This document shows positions 47,685 to 57,295 of a stretch of DNA of 64,000 nucleotides, piece by piece. The notes beneath the pieces are model-generated. The model saw only the letters and a list, made by a program, of their open reading frames with translations, did no database searches and had not been told where the DNA came from. Positions within the stretch are counted from its first letter, which is position 1, and the number at the start of each line of letters is the position of its first letter. The stretch comes from Myxococcales bacterium (lineage in GTDB: Bacteria; Myxococcota_A; Polyangia; Polyangiales; Polyangiaceae), in assembly GCA_043747615.1 (NCBI GenBank), contig JAYTOU010000064.1, forward strand, positions 1 to 64,000, written 5' to 3'. The translations under genes were made by a program, and so were the position numbers.

Positions 47685-49130
47685 ATGAGCTCGCCGCAGC
47701 GCGTCCGCTTCGCCCCCTCACCGACCGGTTACTTGCATATCGGCGGGGTGCGCACCGCTCTGTTCAACTGGCTTTGGGCTAGGAAAACCGGAGGCTCGTT
47801 CATTCTCCGCATCGAGGACACGGATCAAGAGCGCTCCACGAACGAGAGCCGCCAGGTCATCTTGGACTCGCTCAAGTGGCTCGGGATGGACTGGGACGAA
47901 GGCCCCGAGGTGGGCGGCCCGAACGGCCCGTACGAGCAGATGGCGCGCCTCGCACTCTACAAAGAGTGGAGCGAAAAGCTCATCGCCGCGAAGAAGGCTT
48001 ATCGCTGCTACTGCACGAAGGCCGCGCTCGATGCGCAGCGTGAAGCGCTCAAACAGAAGGACCCGAAGGCGAAATTTCAATACCCGGGTACGTGCCGCAA
48101 CCGCACCGAGCAGCCTGATTTGCCTTACGTGGTGCGCTTTATCGTTCCGACCGACGGAGAAGTCACCTACGTCGACAAAGTCTTTGGCGAGGTGAAGACT
48201 CCCAACACCGCCCAGCAGGATTTCGTCCTTCTCCGCTCCGACGGGGTGCCGCTCTACAACTTCGGCGCTGTAGTCGACGACATCACGATGGGTGTGATGT
48301 TGGTTGCCCGCGGACGCGATCACATGGTGAATACGCCGCCGCAGATCATGCTCTACGAGGCGTTCGGAGCGCCCATTCCCGCGTTCGCGCATCTGCCGAT
48401 GATGCTCGCGCCAAACGGGGAGAAGCTCTCGAAGCGCCACGGCGCCGTCAGCGTCACCGAATACAAGGATCAGGGGTACTCGCCGAACGCGGTGCTCAAC
48501 TACCTTGCGCGTTTCGGTTGGTCGCACGGCGATCAAGAAGTCTTCTCGAGGGGCGAGCTCATCGAAGCGTTCAACTGGGAGGCCTGCGGACGCGGAGACG
48601 GGAAGTTCGACGCCAAGAAATTCTTGGCGATCAACCAAGAGCATTTGAAAAGCACCGTGCTCACGCCGGACGACGAGTACGTGACGAGAGTCCAGCCGTT
48701 TCTCGCGGCGCGTGGGCTCCCGGATGTCTCACCGGATGCCTTGAAAAAGGTTCTTCCGGCGATCCGCGAGCGCGCGCGGACGTTCATCGAGGCTGCCGAC
48801 GTGCTCGACTATTTCTTCCGCGACGAGCCAGTGATGGACCCGAAAGCGGCCGCGAAGTTTCTCACCGCCGAGGCGCTCCCCCACCTTCGAGGAATGCTCG
48901 AGGTCTTCGCCAGCGTCCAGGCTTGGGAGGAGACACCTCTTCATGATGCGCTCACCGCTTGGCTCCTCGAACGGAAGCTCGAGATGAAAGACGTCGCTCA
49001 ATCCGCGCGCGTCGCGCTCAGCGGTAGAACCGCCACGCCGCAGCTCTTCGAAGTGCTCGCGATTCTCGGCAGAGAGGTCTCGCTGCGCCGTCTTCGGAAA
49101 GCGATCGAGCGCGCCGAGGGCGTGACGTAA
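47685..49130 (+). CDS. gltX: Glutamate--tRNA ligase
   Basis: RFAPSPTG, HIGG, RIEDTD, CYC, KLSKR. Confidence 0.97.
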   Translation: MSSPQRVRFAPSPTGYLHIGGVRTALFNWLWARKTGGSFILRIEDTDQERSTNESRQVILDSLKWLGMDWDEGPEVGGPNGPYEQMARLALYKEWSEKLIAAKKAYRCYCTKAALDAQREALKQKDPKAKFQYPGTCRNRTEQPDLPYVVRFIVPTDGEVTYVDKVFGEVKTPNTAQQDFVLLRSDGVPLYNFGAVVDDITMGVMLVARGRDHMVNTPPQIMLYEAFGAPIPAFAHLPMMLAPNGEKLSKRHGAVSVTEYKDQGYSPNAVLNYLARFGWSHGDQEVFSRGELIEAFNWEACGRGDGKFDAKKFLAINQEHLKSTVLTPDDEYVTRVQPFLAARGLPDVSPDALKKVLPAIRERARTFIEAADVLDYFFRDEPVMDPKAAAKFLTAEALPHLRGMLEVFASVQAWEETPLHDALTAWLLERKLEMKDVAQSARVALSGRTATPQLFEVLAILGREVSLRRLRKAIERAEGVT

Positions 49131-50068
49131 TGTTTCGTCCGACCGATCTGATCGCCCCCGACAATCCGAGCGGACTCGAGGCGATGATGCACCTGTTCAA
49201 GCCATTTTTCCCGATCCCCGCGCTGTTGGTGATCCTGCCAATCGTGTGGCTCTTCTTTCGCCAAACGTGGCGAGAGCTGGACGAGGACGCTCACCGCCAT
49301 CGCGCAGAGGTGCTCGCGAGCGGCAAGATGGATCTCCGTCCGTTCGTCGGCCTCGTGCTCTGCGCGCTGATCCTGACGATGCAGGAGTACTACGGCGGCC
49401 GCACCTACTTCGAGGAAGGCATCCATCCGTCGCTCATCAAGTACGAGGCGCTTCATCCGGGCCGTCTGCGGCTTTGGAAGTACAACGAGCTCTACGGCTT
49501 CGCATGGTGGGCGGCGACGCGCATTCTCGGCTACACCGTCGTGCCGTTCACGGTGTGGAAGATTGTCTTCCCGAAGGACTCGCTGCTCGACATGGGGCTG
49601 CGCACCAAGGGTTTCTTCAAGCACGCCTGGATCTACACGCTGTTCTTGGCCTGCGTACTTCCGGCCATGTGGATCGTCAGCCGCGAGCCTGATTTCGGGT
49701 CGTACTACCCATTTTACAAAGCGTCGTCGCGGAGCTGGTTCGATTTTCTCGCTTGGGAGGCGATGTACTTCGCGCAGTTCTTCGCGCTCGAGGTGTTCTT
49801 TCGCGGCTTCTGGCTCGGCATCCTCAGAAAGAGCTTCGGCTCCGGCGCCATCTTCGCGATGGCCGTCCCGTACTGCATGATCCACTACGGAAAGCCTTAC
49901 TTGGAAGCGAACGGCGCGATCGTCGCCGGTATTGCGCTCGGCTCGTTGAGCATGAAGACGAAGAGCATCTACCAAGGCTTTCTCGTGCACATCACGGTGG
50001 CCTTGTTGATGGACTGGCTCGCCCTGAGCCATCGCAACGGTCTGCCTACGTTGCTGTGGCCGCCGTAG
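49130..50068 (+). CDS. CPBP/Abi family intramembrane glutamic endopeptidase
   Basis: Multi-TM; LEVFFRG, IHYGKP, LVH; TAATG coupling to gltX. Confidence 0.85.
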   Translation: MFRPTDLIAPDNPSGLEAMMHLFKPFFPIPALLVILPIVWLFFRQTWRELDEDAHRHRAEVLASGKMDLRPFVGLVLCALILTMQEYYGGRTYFEEGIHPSLIKYEALHPGRLRLWKYNELYGFAWWAATRILGYTVVPFTVWKIVFPKDSLLDMGLRTKGFFKHAWIYTLFLACVLPAMWIVSREPDFGSYYPFYKASSRSWFDFLAWEAMYFAQFFALEVFFRGFWLGILRKSFGSGAIFAMAVPYCMIHYGKPYLEANGAIVAGIALGSLSMKTKSIYQGFLVHITVALLMDWLALSHRNGLPTLLWPP

Positions 50069-50555
50069 GTTCGCGGGTGTCGAGAGCCTCGCGGGCGTGC
50101 TCGAAGGCGCGGGCGCGCACGGCGTTTCGGAGCGGACCGCTGTAGAGGCGGCCAAGGTGACGGAGCGCGGCGACGGCTGCGGTGCGGGTGGTTCCGGTCC
50201 ACGGTTCGGCCCCGAGGCGCCGCCACAGGAGCGCTTCGAGTGCCCGCGGTCGGCGAGCAAAGCCGACGGCTGCGCGTTCGATGATGGTCGCGTCACTCGG
50301 TTGGATGCGCATCGCGCGGAGGTAATAGCCGATCGCTGCCGTTCCTCGCCCGAGGGAGAGAGCGCACATGTCTGCCGCATCGCACAGCGCGGCGGCACGC
50401 GCGTCGTCGGTCGTCGCGGTGTCGATCCGGGCCTTTGCCTCGCGCAACGTCGCCCCCCCAGGCCTGCTCGGGCGCGAGAACGACGGCCGGAATTTGAACA
50501 CCAAGAAGGCGCCGAAGACCGCAGCCATGACGACGAGCGGGATTTGCCAGTCCAT
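50046..50555 (-). CDS. Membrane-anchored TPR-like hypothetical protein
   Basis: N-terminal TM from MDWQIPLVV; AIGYYLRAMRIQP helical repeat. Confidence 0.65.
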   Translation of the reverse strand: MDWQIPLVVMAAVFGAFLVFKFRPSFSRPSRPGGATLREAKARIDTATTDDARAAALCDAADMCALSLGRGTAAIGYYLRAMRIQPSDATIIERAAVGFARRPRALEALLWRRLGAEPWTGTTRTAAVAALRHLGRLYSGPLRNAVRARAFEHAREALDTREPTAATAT

Positions 50556-50642
50556 TGAGAGGGGGAAAGTACCACAGGAATGAAGCGCCCTCCTCAGCGG
50601 TAAGTTGCAACGGCTCCGATGATCCGGCACGATCCGACTTGG

Positions 50643-51323
50643 ATGCGAGGCTTTCCAGCGTTTCAGCGCCCCTCATTTTGCGCTGTTTTCTCGATCGCGT
50701 GCGCCGTCGCGCTCCTCGCCGTCCCCCGGGTGGCTTCCGCAGATATTTTTCAATACACCGACTCCGAAGGGGTCATCCACTTCACGAACACGAATGCCCG
50801 TCCGGGCGGCGCCAAACTCTACATGCGAGCCGATGGCGCTTCGCGGCGGAGCGGCGTGGTTCCCTTCATGCCTCAAGATCGCGACGTCTCGCGATTCACG
50901 CGCTACGACGACCTCATTCGTCAGGCTGCGACGCTCTACCAGATCCCCGAGCAGCTCGTGCGCGCCGTGATCAAGGTCGAGAGCGACTACGATCCGCGCG
51001 CGGTGAGCGTCTCTGGTGCGCGCGGGCTGATGCAGCTGATGCCGGATACGGCGGAGCGTCTTCAAGTTCGCGACATCAACGACCCGCACGACAACATCTT
51101 CGGCGGCGTACGATTCCTGCGTATTTTGGCCAACTCGTTCAACGGCGACCTCGATCTTACGGTGGCCGCATACAACGCCGGCGAAGATGCGGTGATGCGT
51201 TACGGCGGGATTCCTCCGTACGCGCAGACGCGGAACTACGTCGTCAAGGTGACCAGCTTCTACCGGCGCTACCGGACGATGCCCGACCTCGTGGAAGCAA
51301 GCCTCGCGTCCGGCGTCGACTAG
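50643..51323 (+). CDS. Lytic transglycosylase (SLT) with N-terminal DUF4124-like domain
   Basis: IFQYTDSEGVIHFTN; VIKVES, GARGLMQLMP, AAYNAG. Confidence 0.92.
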   Translation: MRGFPAFQRPSFCAVFSIACAVALLAVPRVASADIFQYTDSEGVIHFTNTNARPGGAKLYMRADGASRRSGVVPFMPQDRDVSRFTRYDDLIRQAATLYQIPEQLVRAVIKVESDYDPRAVSVSGARGLMQLMPDTAERLQVRDINDPHDNIFGGVRFLRILANSFNGDLDLTVAAYNAGEDAVMRYGGIPPYAQTRNYVVKVTSFYRRYRTMPDLVEASLASGVD

Positions 51324-51347
51324 GGACTCCCCTAGACCTTCGGTAGA

Positions 51348-52307
51348 CTAGCTCGCGCGTTCGACCTCGCGCATCGCGTCTTCGCGCAGCGAGAGCTCCT
51401 CTGCCACGGTGGCCAATGCGTGCTCGTTCGCTCCTCGAATCTCGCTCGAATGCGTCGAGAGCGCGACCACCCGCAGGGCGGAGGCAATCTGGCAGAGCTC
51501 CGCGAGGGCGCCTCGGCGATCGGTTTCGATGCGTTCGGCCTCAGCGCGCTCCGTGGCCGCCCAAGACGATACGTTATCGGTACGCGCACCCGACACGCGA
51601 TCGAGCCATTTTTGCCTGTCTGCGCAGGCCCGATGAATTCGATCGAGATCTCGTGCGCGTGCCACCAGGCTGTCGATCTGACGACGCAGAGCGGCGAGCG
51701 TGACGTCGCCGCGCGTCCGCTTTTGCGCCTCGTGAGCCGCGATGAGCACCTGACCGAGAGGGGACGCGCGCTTCTTCCTTCGCGAGGCGAGACCGGCAGA
51801 GGCGACGGCTGCCCCCACTATGGCGAGCGCGCCGAACGAGAGTCCGTGCTTTTCTCCCGGCGTGAGCAGGTGCTTCGGCGCGGACGTTCGTGATCCAGAG
51901 ACCTGAAAGCTGCCAACGGCGGTCTGGAGGAACTCGCGTTCGGTGAGGAGGCGCCCGTGCGCGAGCTCACGTGTTTGCGGAACGAGGCACGGAGATGCGA
52001 GCCCGATGGCGCGGCATTTCGGAGCGTCCTCCGCCGTGGCCTGGAGCACGCGACCAGCCACGCCGGCGCGCGAAAGGCCTGGACGCAGACCGGTGCCGCT
52101 CATCTCGAACCAGCCGACGGCATCGTACGTCGTCCCATCGAACGAGCTGCGCACGGCCCCATCGAGGACCACCTCCTCGCCCGGTGTCATGCTGAGATGG
52201 ATCGCCTGATCGAGCGGCGCAGTTCGGGTCCACGTTGCCTCGGCCCCCGCACCTGCGGACAGCAGAAAAACGACCGTGCCGATTGCCAGCTCCGTCAGAC
52301 GGCTCAT
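51348..52307 (-). CDS. Hypothetical membrane protein
   Basis: Signal peptide, central TM followed by RRKKR, coiled-coil C-terminus; ATGA coupling to vWA gene. Confidence 0.7.
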   Translation of the reverse strand: MSRLTELAIGTVVFLLSAGAGAEATWTRTAPLDQAIHLSMTPGEEVVLDGAVRSSFDGTTYDAVGWFEMSGTGLRPGLSRAGVAGRVLQATAEDAPKCRAIGLASPCLVPQTRELAHGRLLTEREFLQTAVGSFQVSGSRTSAPKHLLTPGEKHGLSFGALAIVGAAVASAGLASRRKKRASPLGQVLIAAHEAQKRTRGDVTLAALRRQIDSLVARARDLDRIHRACADRQKWLDRVSGARTDNVSSWAATERAEAERIETDRRGALAELCQIASALRVVALSTHSSEIRGANEHALATVAEELSLREDAMREVERAS

Positions 52308-54037
52308 CGCAGGTACCCATAGCCGGACCCGCGCAGCATCACCGCAAGAGGCAGCGGATCTTCCACCCGGCTCGTTCCGCTCACCGCCGATGCGAGACGC
52401 ACGAGTCTCGTCGCGTCCTCAGCGAGCTTGGGCTCTTTGAGCGATTCCGACGCGCGCCGGAGAAGCTCCGCCCTCTCGGTGAGGATGCGTGCGGCGTCGA
52501 TCCGATTTCCGTGGTCGACGAGCTCCGCAGCCCCCAGCACGGCGTCCCCCGCCGCAAACGCTTGCACTGTACACACGACGCTCGCCCGAGTGGTCTTGGC
52601 GCTCTCCGCTTCGTTCGACGCGTACCGCGTTCGGACGTCGAGCTCCTCGGTCACGTTCTTCTTGTGCAGACGATCCTTGTACCGGATCTCGACGCTGGCG
52701 ATGCTCCGCTCGCCGGTGCCTGAGGGAACCTGCACGTTCAGGAGCATGGCGTGGTGATCGTCGCGCGCAAACGAGGGCATGAAGAAGCGCATTCCGCCCT
52801 CCGTATCGCTCTGCCGGTCTTGAGCGATGCCTGGCTTTTTGCTGGCTTGTTTGTCGACGGCGACCTCCTGCGCGCGCACGTTGGCGGCCTCTGCGCCGTC
52901 GAGCATGTGAGAGCCGAACACTTTGAGCGGCGTCACGTCCGGGCGCAGACGAACCCGGACTTCGACGGCCTGCGCTGCTGGAACGAGGCGCGCGTCGAGC
53001 TCATGACCGAGGGCCGCGGCGATCTGCGTGGAGTCAGCGAGGTAGTAGTACCCGCCAGCTCCGCGGTCGGCGATCGAGCTCATGAGCCCGGCGTCGAAGT
53101 CGGCTCCGAGCCCGAAAGAGCTGGTTTGAATGCTGTCCTGAAACGCTCGCGCGCTCCGTTCGGCGAGCGATGCCCGGTTCGAGTCTCCCGCGTTGGCGTG
53201 ACCGTCCGACAGGAGCATTACGATCTTCACGGCATCCGGCGAGATGCCCCTGCTGTGAGCTTGCGCGTACCCCAGATCGAGACCCGCGCTGATGTTCGTG
53301 CCTCCGTCGGCGCGCACCTCATGGATCTTCGCGATGACCTGCGCGCGCCTCGCCCCGATCGCCCCGTCGGGCACGAGCACGATGGCCTCGCTCGAAAAAG
53401 TGATCATCGAAAAGTCGTCATTGGCGTCGAGCTTATCGACCAGCGTCTCAGCGGCGCGGCGCGCATTATCGATCGCCGGGCCCCTCATCGATCCGCTCAC
53501 GTCGAGAACGAGGTGCACGGATAGCGGCGCCCGCGTGGGCATCGCATCGCTCGACCGGATGGCAATCCGAAGATTGACGACGCCACCCGCCGGTGCGAGC
53601 GCTTCGCGATCCGTATCGATCTGAAAGTTGAGCGCCGTCTCCGTTGGTCTCGGGATCGCTGGCGCGTATCGCCCGCCAAAATCGCCTACCAAATCTGTGT
53701 AGTCTGCATGCAATGAGCCGCGCGCCACCGCGGAGTCGAACGCGGCCAGCGCAGCGCCGCCGGGCCGGTAGGTCGTCGCGTAGCGAGCGTTTGGATCGAG
53801 ACGCGGAGCGCCCTCGGCAACCTCCTCGCGCAGTGATCCGGCAGTAGGCTTGCCCGCGACGACCCCACCGGGGCCGACCGAAATCGTGGTTGGAGAGGCC
53901 GGAGCCGAAGAGGCCGCGACGTCTGGCTCCAGCGCTCTCTTTGCGGCGTTGATCTCTACGGTGGGTGCGGACTCGCTCCTACAGCCCGGAAAAACGCTGC
54001 ATGAAACGACGGCGAAAAGAGCGCACACGATTCTCAT
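52304..54037 (-). CDS. von Willebrand factor A domain lipoprotein
   Basis: MIDAS LDVSGSM, GGTNI, LLSDG; N-terminal signal with Cys. Confidence 0.88.
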   Translation of the reverse strand: MRIVCALFAVVSCSVFPGCRSESAPTVEINAAKRALEPDVAASSAPASPTTISVGPGGVVAGKPTAGSLREEVAEGAPRLDPNARYATTYRPGGAALAAFDSAVARGSLHADYTDLVGDFGGRYAPAIPRPTETALNFQIDTDREALAPAGGVVNLRIAIRSSDAMPTRAPLSVHLVLDVSGSMRGPAIDNARRAAETLVDKLDANDDFSMITFSSEAIVLVPDGAIGARRAQVIAKIHEVRADGGTNISAGLDLGYAQAHSRGISPDAVKIVMLLSDGHANAGDSNRASLAERSARAFQDSIQTSSFGLGADFDAGLMSSIADRGAGGYYYLADSTQIAAALGHELDARLVPAAQAVEVRVRLRPDVTPLKVFGSHMLDGAEAANVRAQEVAVDKQASKKPGIAQDRQSDTEGGMRFFMPSFARDDHHAMLLNVQVPSGTGERSIASVEIRYKDRLHKKNVTEELDVRTRYASNEAESAKTTRASVVCTVQAFAAGDAVLGAAELVDHGNRIDAARILTERAELLRRASESLKEPKLAEDATRLVRLASAVSGTSRVEDPLPLAVMLRGSGYGYLR

Positions 54038-54201
54038 GAGCTCTCAAACGCGCCACCCGGCGAAAAGTTTTGCGCGTCCGGGCGTGCGCTCGGCGGAGCT
54101 GACTGGTGCGCTTTGCCACGATGGCGCGAAACGACACGCGAAAGCCACACGTCCGCGTCGAGTTTCCGTGCAACGCATGCCCACGCCCAGCCAACCGGCA
54201 C

Positions 54202-54217
54202 TGGCGCGAAGGTTGCG
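54202..54217 (+). promoter_or_regulatory. Sigma54 (-24/-12) promoter
   Basis: TGGCGCG-AAGG-TTGCG, one mismatch to TGGCACG-N4-TTGC, ~50 bp upstream of ATG 54268. Confidence 0.6.
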
Positions 54218-54267
54218 TTCTCCGCGGGGATTAGAGCTGGCCAAGGGCAGGGGCGAGGGTTATCGGG

Positions 54268-55158
54268 ATGGTGATGAAGCGCGTTGCGGCAGCAGGGGCG
54301 GTGTTGGGGATCGGCGCGATTCTCTTTGCATGCGGCACCCCAAGCATCAAACCAAGTACAGGGGACGACGGCGGAGGCGGTTCGTTCGTGACGCCGCCTC
54401 CAGGCACCGCGGGCGTTGACGCCGGTACTCCGGAGATCATGGGCGTCGCGCCGTCGTGCACGAACGTCGATCCCGCGAAGATGCCCGTGGGTCCGCTCGT
54501 GAGCATTCCGGCCAGCACCTTCACGATGGGATGCAACGCCAGCACCGACAACGAGTGCAGGGCCGATGAGAAGCCGCCGCACAGCGTCACCCTCCCCGCG
54601 TACTCCATCGACACTACGGAAGTCACCCAGGCCCAGTACTTTGCCTGCGTGAAGGAGGGAAAGTGCACGTATCCCAAGTGCGTCTGGGATCCGTGCGCGC
54701 AGCCCGACAACCCGATCGCGTGTGTGAAGAACAGCCAAGCCCTCACCTATTGCCAGTGGGCTGCGAAGCGGTTGCCGACGGAAGCCGAATGGGAACTGGC
54801 AGCCCGAGGCACCGATGGCCGTAAATTTCCGTGGGGAAACATGCCTGCGAGTTGCGCCCTCACCAACATGATGGGCTGCGGAAACGTCTCATCGCCCGTG
54901 GGAACGCACGGGGACGTCGGACCGTTCGGCGCGATCGACATGGGCGGTAACGTCGTCGAGTGGACGATGGATTGGTATGATCCGGCGTTCTACGCGACGT
55001 CACCCGCCGCGTCGCCCACGGGTCCGGCAGCCGGAGCGGAGCACGTCGGCCGGGGTGGAGGCTTCTTGAGCGAAGAGATCTGGCACCGCGCCAGCGCTCG
55101 CGACTTTTATGAAAGTAGCTACTCGCGCGTGAGCATGGGATTCCGCTGCGCAAAGTGA
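54268..55158 (+). CDS. FGE-sulfatase/SUMF1-fold lipoprotein
   Basis: Lipobox LFAC; FTMG, EVT, RLPTEAEWELAARG, FPWG, DMGGNVVEW, GFRC. Confidence 0.9.
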   Translation: MVMKRVAAAGAVLGIGAILFACGTPSIKPSTGDDGGGGSFVTPPPGTAGVDAGTPEIMGVAPSCTNVDPAKMPVGPLVSIPASTFTMGCNASTDNECRADEKPPHSVTLPAYSIDTTEVTQAQYFACVKEGKCTYPKCVWDPCAQPDNPIACVKNSQALTYCQWAAKRLPTEAEWELAARGTDGRKFPWGNMPASCALTNMMGCGNVSSPVGTHGDVGPFGAIDMGGNVVEWTMDWYDPAFYATSPAASPTGPAAGAEHVGRGGGFLSEEIWHRASARDFYESSYSRVSMGFRCAK

Positions 55159-55171
55159 GACGCTCGCCGGG

Positions 55172-56098
55172 GTGAGACGGACCATCGCGTGCGTGCTCTT
55201 CGCGTGCGCCTCCGGATGCGGCGGCCCGAGTGCCTCGACGACCGGCATCCCCCATGACGTGAGCGTGGGAAAAGCTGCTCCGCCTTCGCCGCGGTGCCCG
55301 ACTCCGATCCCAGCACGGTCTCTGCTCACGAGCTCTCCGCCTCCGCCAAAAGGGTGGGCCCTGACGGCAGCGCCCGTCGCGAGAAAATGCGGAAATCTGA
55401 GCCGAAACGAGTGGGTCGTCCGCGACTCTGACGCTGGCGTCGAGGTAGCGCGTCGCGATAGTGGCGCGGCTGAAGACTCCTTGCCATTCACGGTTTCCGG
55501 AAAGGCGCGCGACGGGCTCGGCGGTACGCGACACGTCCGCGCTGTCGACAACGGTTGGTTGGTCGGCTTCGACGCAGCGGAAGTCGGGGGCGCGCTTTGG
55601 TGGTTCGACAAGACGGGTGAGCGGCGCGTGAAGCTCTTCGACGGCAACATCATCGGCTTCGTCGAGCTCGCTGGCGAAGGCATCGTCGCTCTATCGGGAT
55701 TCGCGCGCGGCGGATTTTCACGAGGGCAAGCCCTGCGCGTGCGCCGTGCGGTCGAGTGGACAGCGAAGCCTTGGATCAATCTGGACAGCGCCGCTGAAGC
55801 GTTCGTCCTCGAGTCGCGCGATTCGCTCCTCGTCCTCACCACCACCGGCGTTATTCGCCTCACCGCATGCGGTGACATGACGCGCGTCGCCTTGACCGAC
55901 TACGACGCGCTGTATCCGACGTCACTCGCGGTCGATCCCCACGGAGTTATCTACGTGGGCATGCGGCACTACATCACTCGCTTCGTCCCAGCATTGGGCT
56001 CGGCGCTGCGCGAGGAGTGGCTTACCCGCGAGGACTGCCAGACGCCGAAGGTTAGCCATTTCGAGTGCGTGTGCACCGAAGCAACGCGTCGGCCTTGA
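55172..56098 (+). CDS. Hypothetical lipoprotein (beta-propeller-like)
   Basis: Lipobox ASGC; GWLVGFDAAEVGGALWW and YVGMR beta-rich segments. Confidence 0.7.
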   Translation: MRRTIACVLFACASGCGGPSASTTGIPHDVSVGKAAPPSPRCPTPIPARSLLTSSPPPPKGWALTAAPVARKCGNLSRNEWVVRDSDAGVEVARRDSGAAEDSLPFTVSGKARDGLGGTRHVRAVDNGWLVGFDAAEVGGALWWFDKTGERRVKLFDGNIIGFVELAGEGIVALSGFARGGFSRGQALRVRRAVEWTAKPWINLDSAAEAFVLESRDSLLVLTTTGVIRLTACGDMTRVALTDYDALYPTSLAVDPHGVIYVGMRHYITRFVPALGSALREEWLTREDCQTPKVSHFECVCTEATRRP

Positions 56099-56263
56099 TA
56101 GAGCTTCTTCACGGCCTCTCGCTTACCAAGACGCTTCGACCCTAGACTCGAGCGGGAACGAACGCATGACACTGACGACGATGGGGATCGACACCTACCA
56201 GCTGACGACGCTCGCAGACTCTCGCGCGCACGGGGAGCGCCTGACCCGCAGCGCACTCGAGTA

Positions 56264-57295
56264 ATGGTGGCGCAGACGCTCTCCGTCGTGATGAGCTCGG
56301 CGGGACTCTACCTCCCCGCGGTCGACCTGCATCTCGATCCGTCGATCGGGGTGCAGGCCGCATTCGTGTCCCATGCGCACAGCGCGCGCGTGGGGAGCCT
56401 CACTTCCGGGCTGGTCCTGGGTTCGCCCGAGACGCTGCGTCTCATCGAAATGCGGGCGGAAGCGCCGCCGGCGTCGCGTGCGATCGACTGGAACGAATCC
56501 ATCGAGCGTCCGCTCAGCGCGGGCTTCGGTGGAGGGACGGCGCGTCTTTCCATTGCGCACGCCGGGCACCTCCTCGGTGCCGCGCAGCTCGTGATCGATC
56601 ATCCCGGAGGGCGCTTCGTCTACACCGGCGACTACCAGAGTGGCCCTGGCCTCACCCACGTTGCTGGCGCTCCTGTTCCTTGCGACGAGCTCGTGATCGA
56701 GTCGACGTACGCCCTGCCCATCTTTCGTTTCCCGGATCGCGCTCGGGTGCGCTTGGCTCTCGTCGAGTGGTGTCGCGCGCGGCTCGGAGAAGGGAACGCG
56801 CCCGTGGTCATCGCGATTCCACTCGGCAATTCCCAGGAGATCGTGCGCGCCCTGGTCGACGCCGACCTGACCGTTCAGGCCCATGACGCCGTATACCGCG
56901 GATGCGAAATGTACGAGTCGCTCGGCGTGGCCCTCGGTCTCGCGGAAAAAAAAGTACGGCCCTACGTGAAAAAGAAGGGGCCGGTCGACGCCGTCTTGAT
57001 CGCTCCGCCGAGCGCTTATGCGGATGCGATGATCAAGAAGCTGCCCAACGCGCGCGTGGCCTACGTCTCCGGTCGGGCGCTCCTCGACGCGTCGCTCGAG
57101 CAAATGAGGGCGGACATCGGCTTTCCGCTTTCGGGTCACGCGGATCATGACGATCTCGTCGCCACCGCGCGGGCGTGTGGCGCCAGGCACGTCGTCACCA
57201 CATTTGGAGATGCCACGAGCTTCGCCGGGATCCTGAATGAGCGTGGATTCGCGGCTACCGCGCTCGAGGCCTCGAGCTTGGACGAGACGACGTGA
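56264..57295 (+). CDS. Ligase-associated MBL/beta-CASP exonuclease-like protein
   Basis: AGHLLGA, YTGDY, ESTY, SGHAD; motif II degenerate (SHAHSAR). Confidence 0.82.
   Translation: MVAQTLSVVMSSAGLYLPAVDLHLDPSIGVQAAFVSHAHSARVGSLTSGLVLGSPETLRLIEMRAEAPPASRAIDWNESIERPLSAGFGGGTARLSIAHAGHLLGAAQLVIDHPGGRFVYTGDYQSGPGLTHVAGAPVPCDELVIESTYALPIFRFPDRARVRLALVEWCRARLGEGNAPVVIAIPLGNSQEIVRALVDADLTVQAHDAVYRGCEMYESLGVALGLAEKKVRPYVKKKGPVDAVLIAPPSAYADAMIKKLPNARVAYVSGRALLDASLEQMRADIGFPLSGHADHDDLVATARACGARHVVTTFGDATSFAGILNERGFAATALEASSLDETT

Noticed and set aside
32295..51352. Recurring short CTAG / GACCTTCGG motifs at convergent gene junctions (~32300, ~51335)
   Set aside because: Too short and variable for a REP family; explained by TAG stops and small UUCG hairpins
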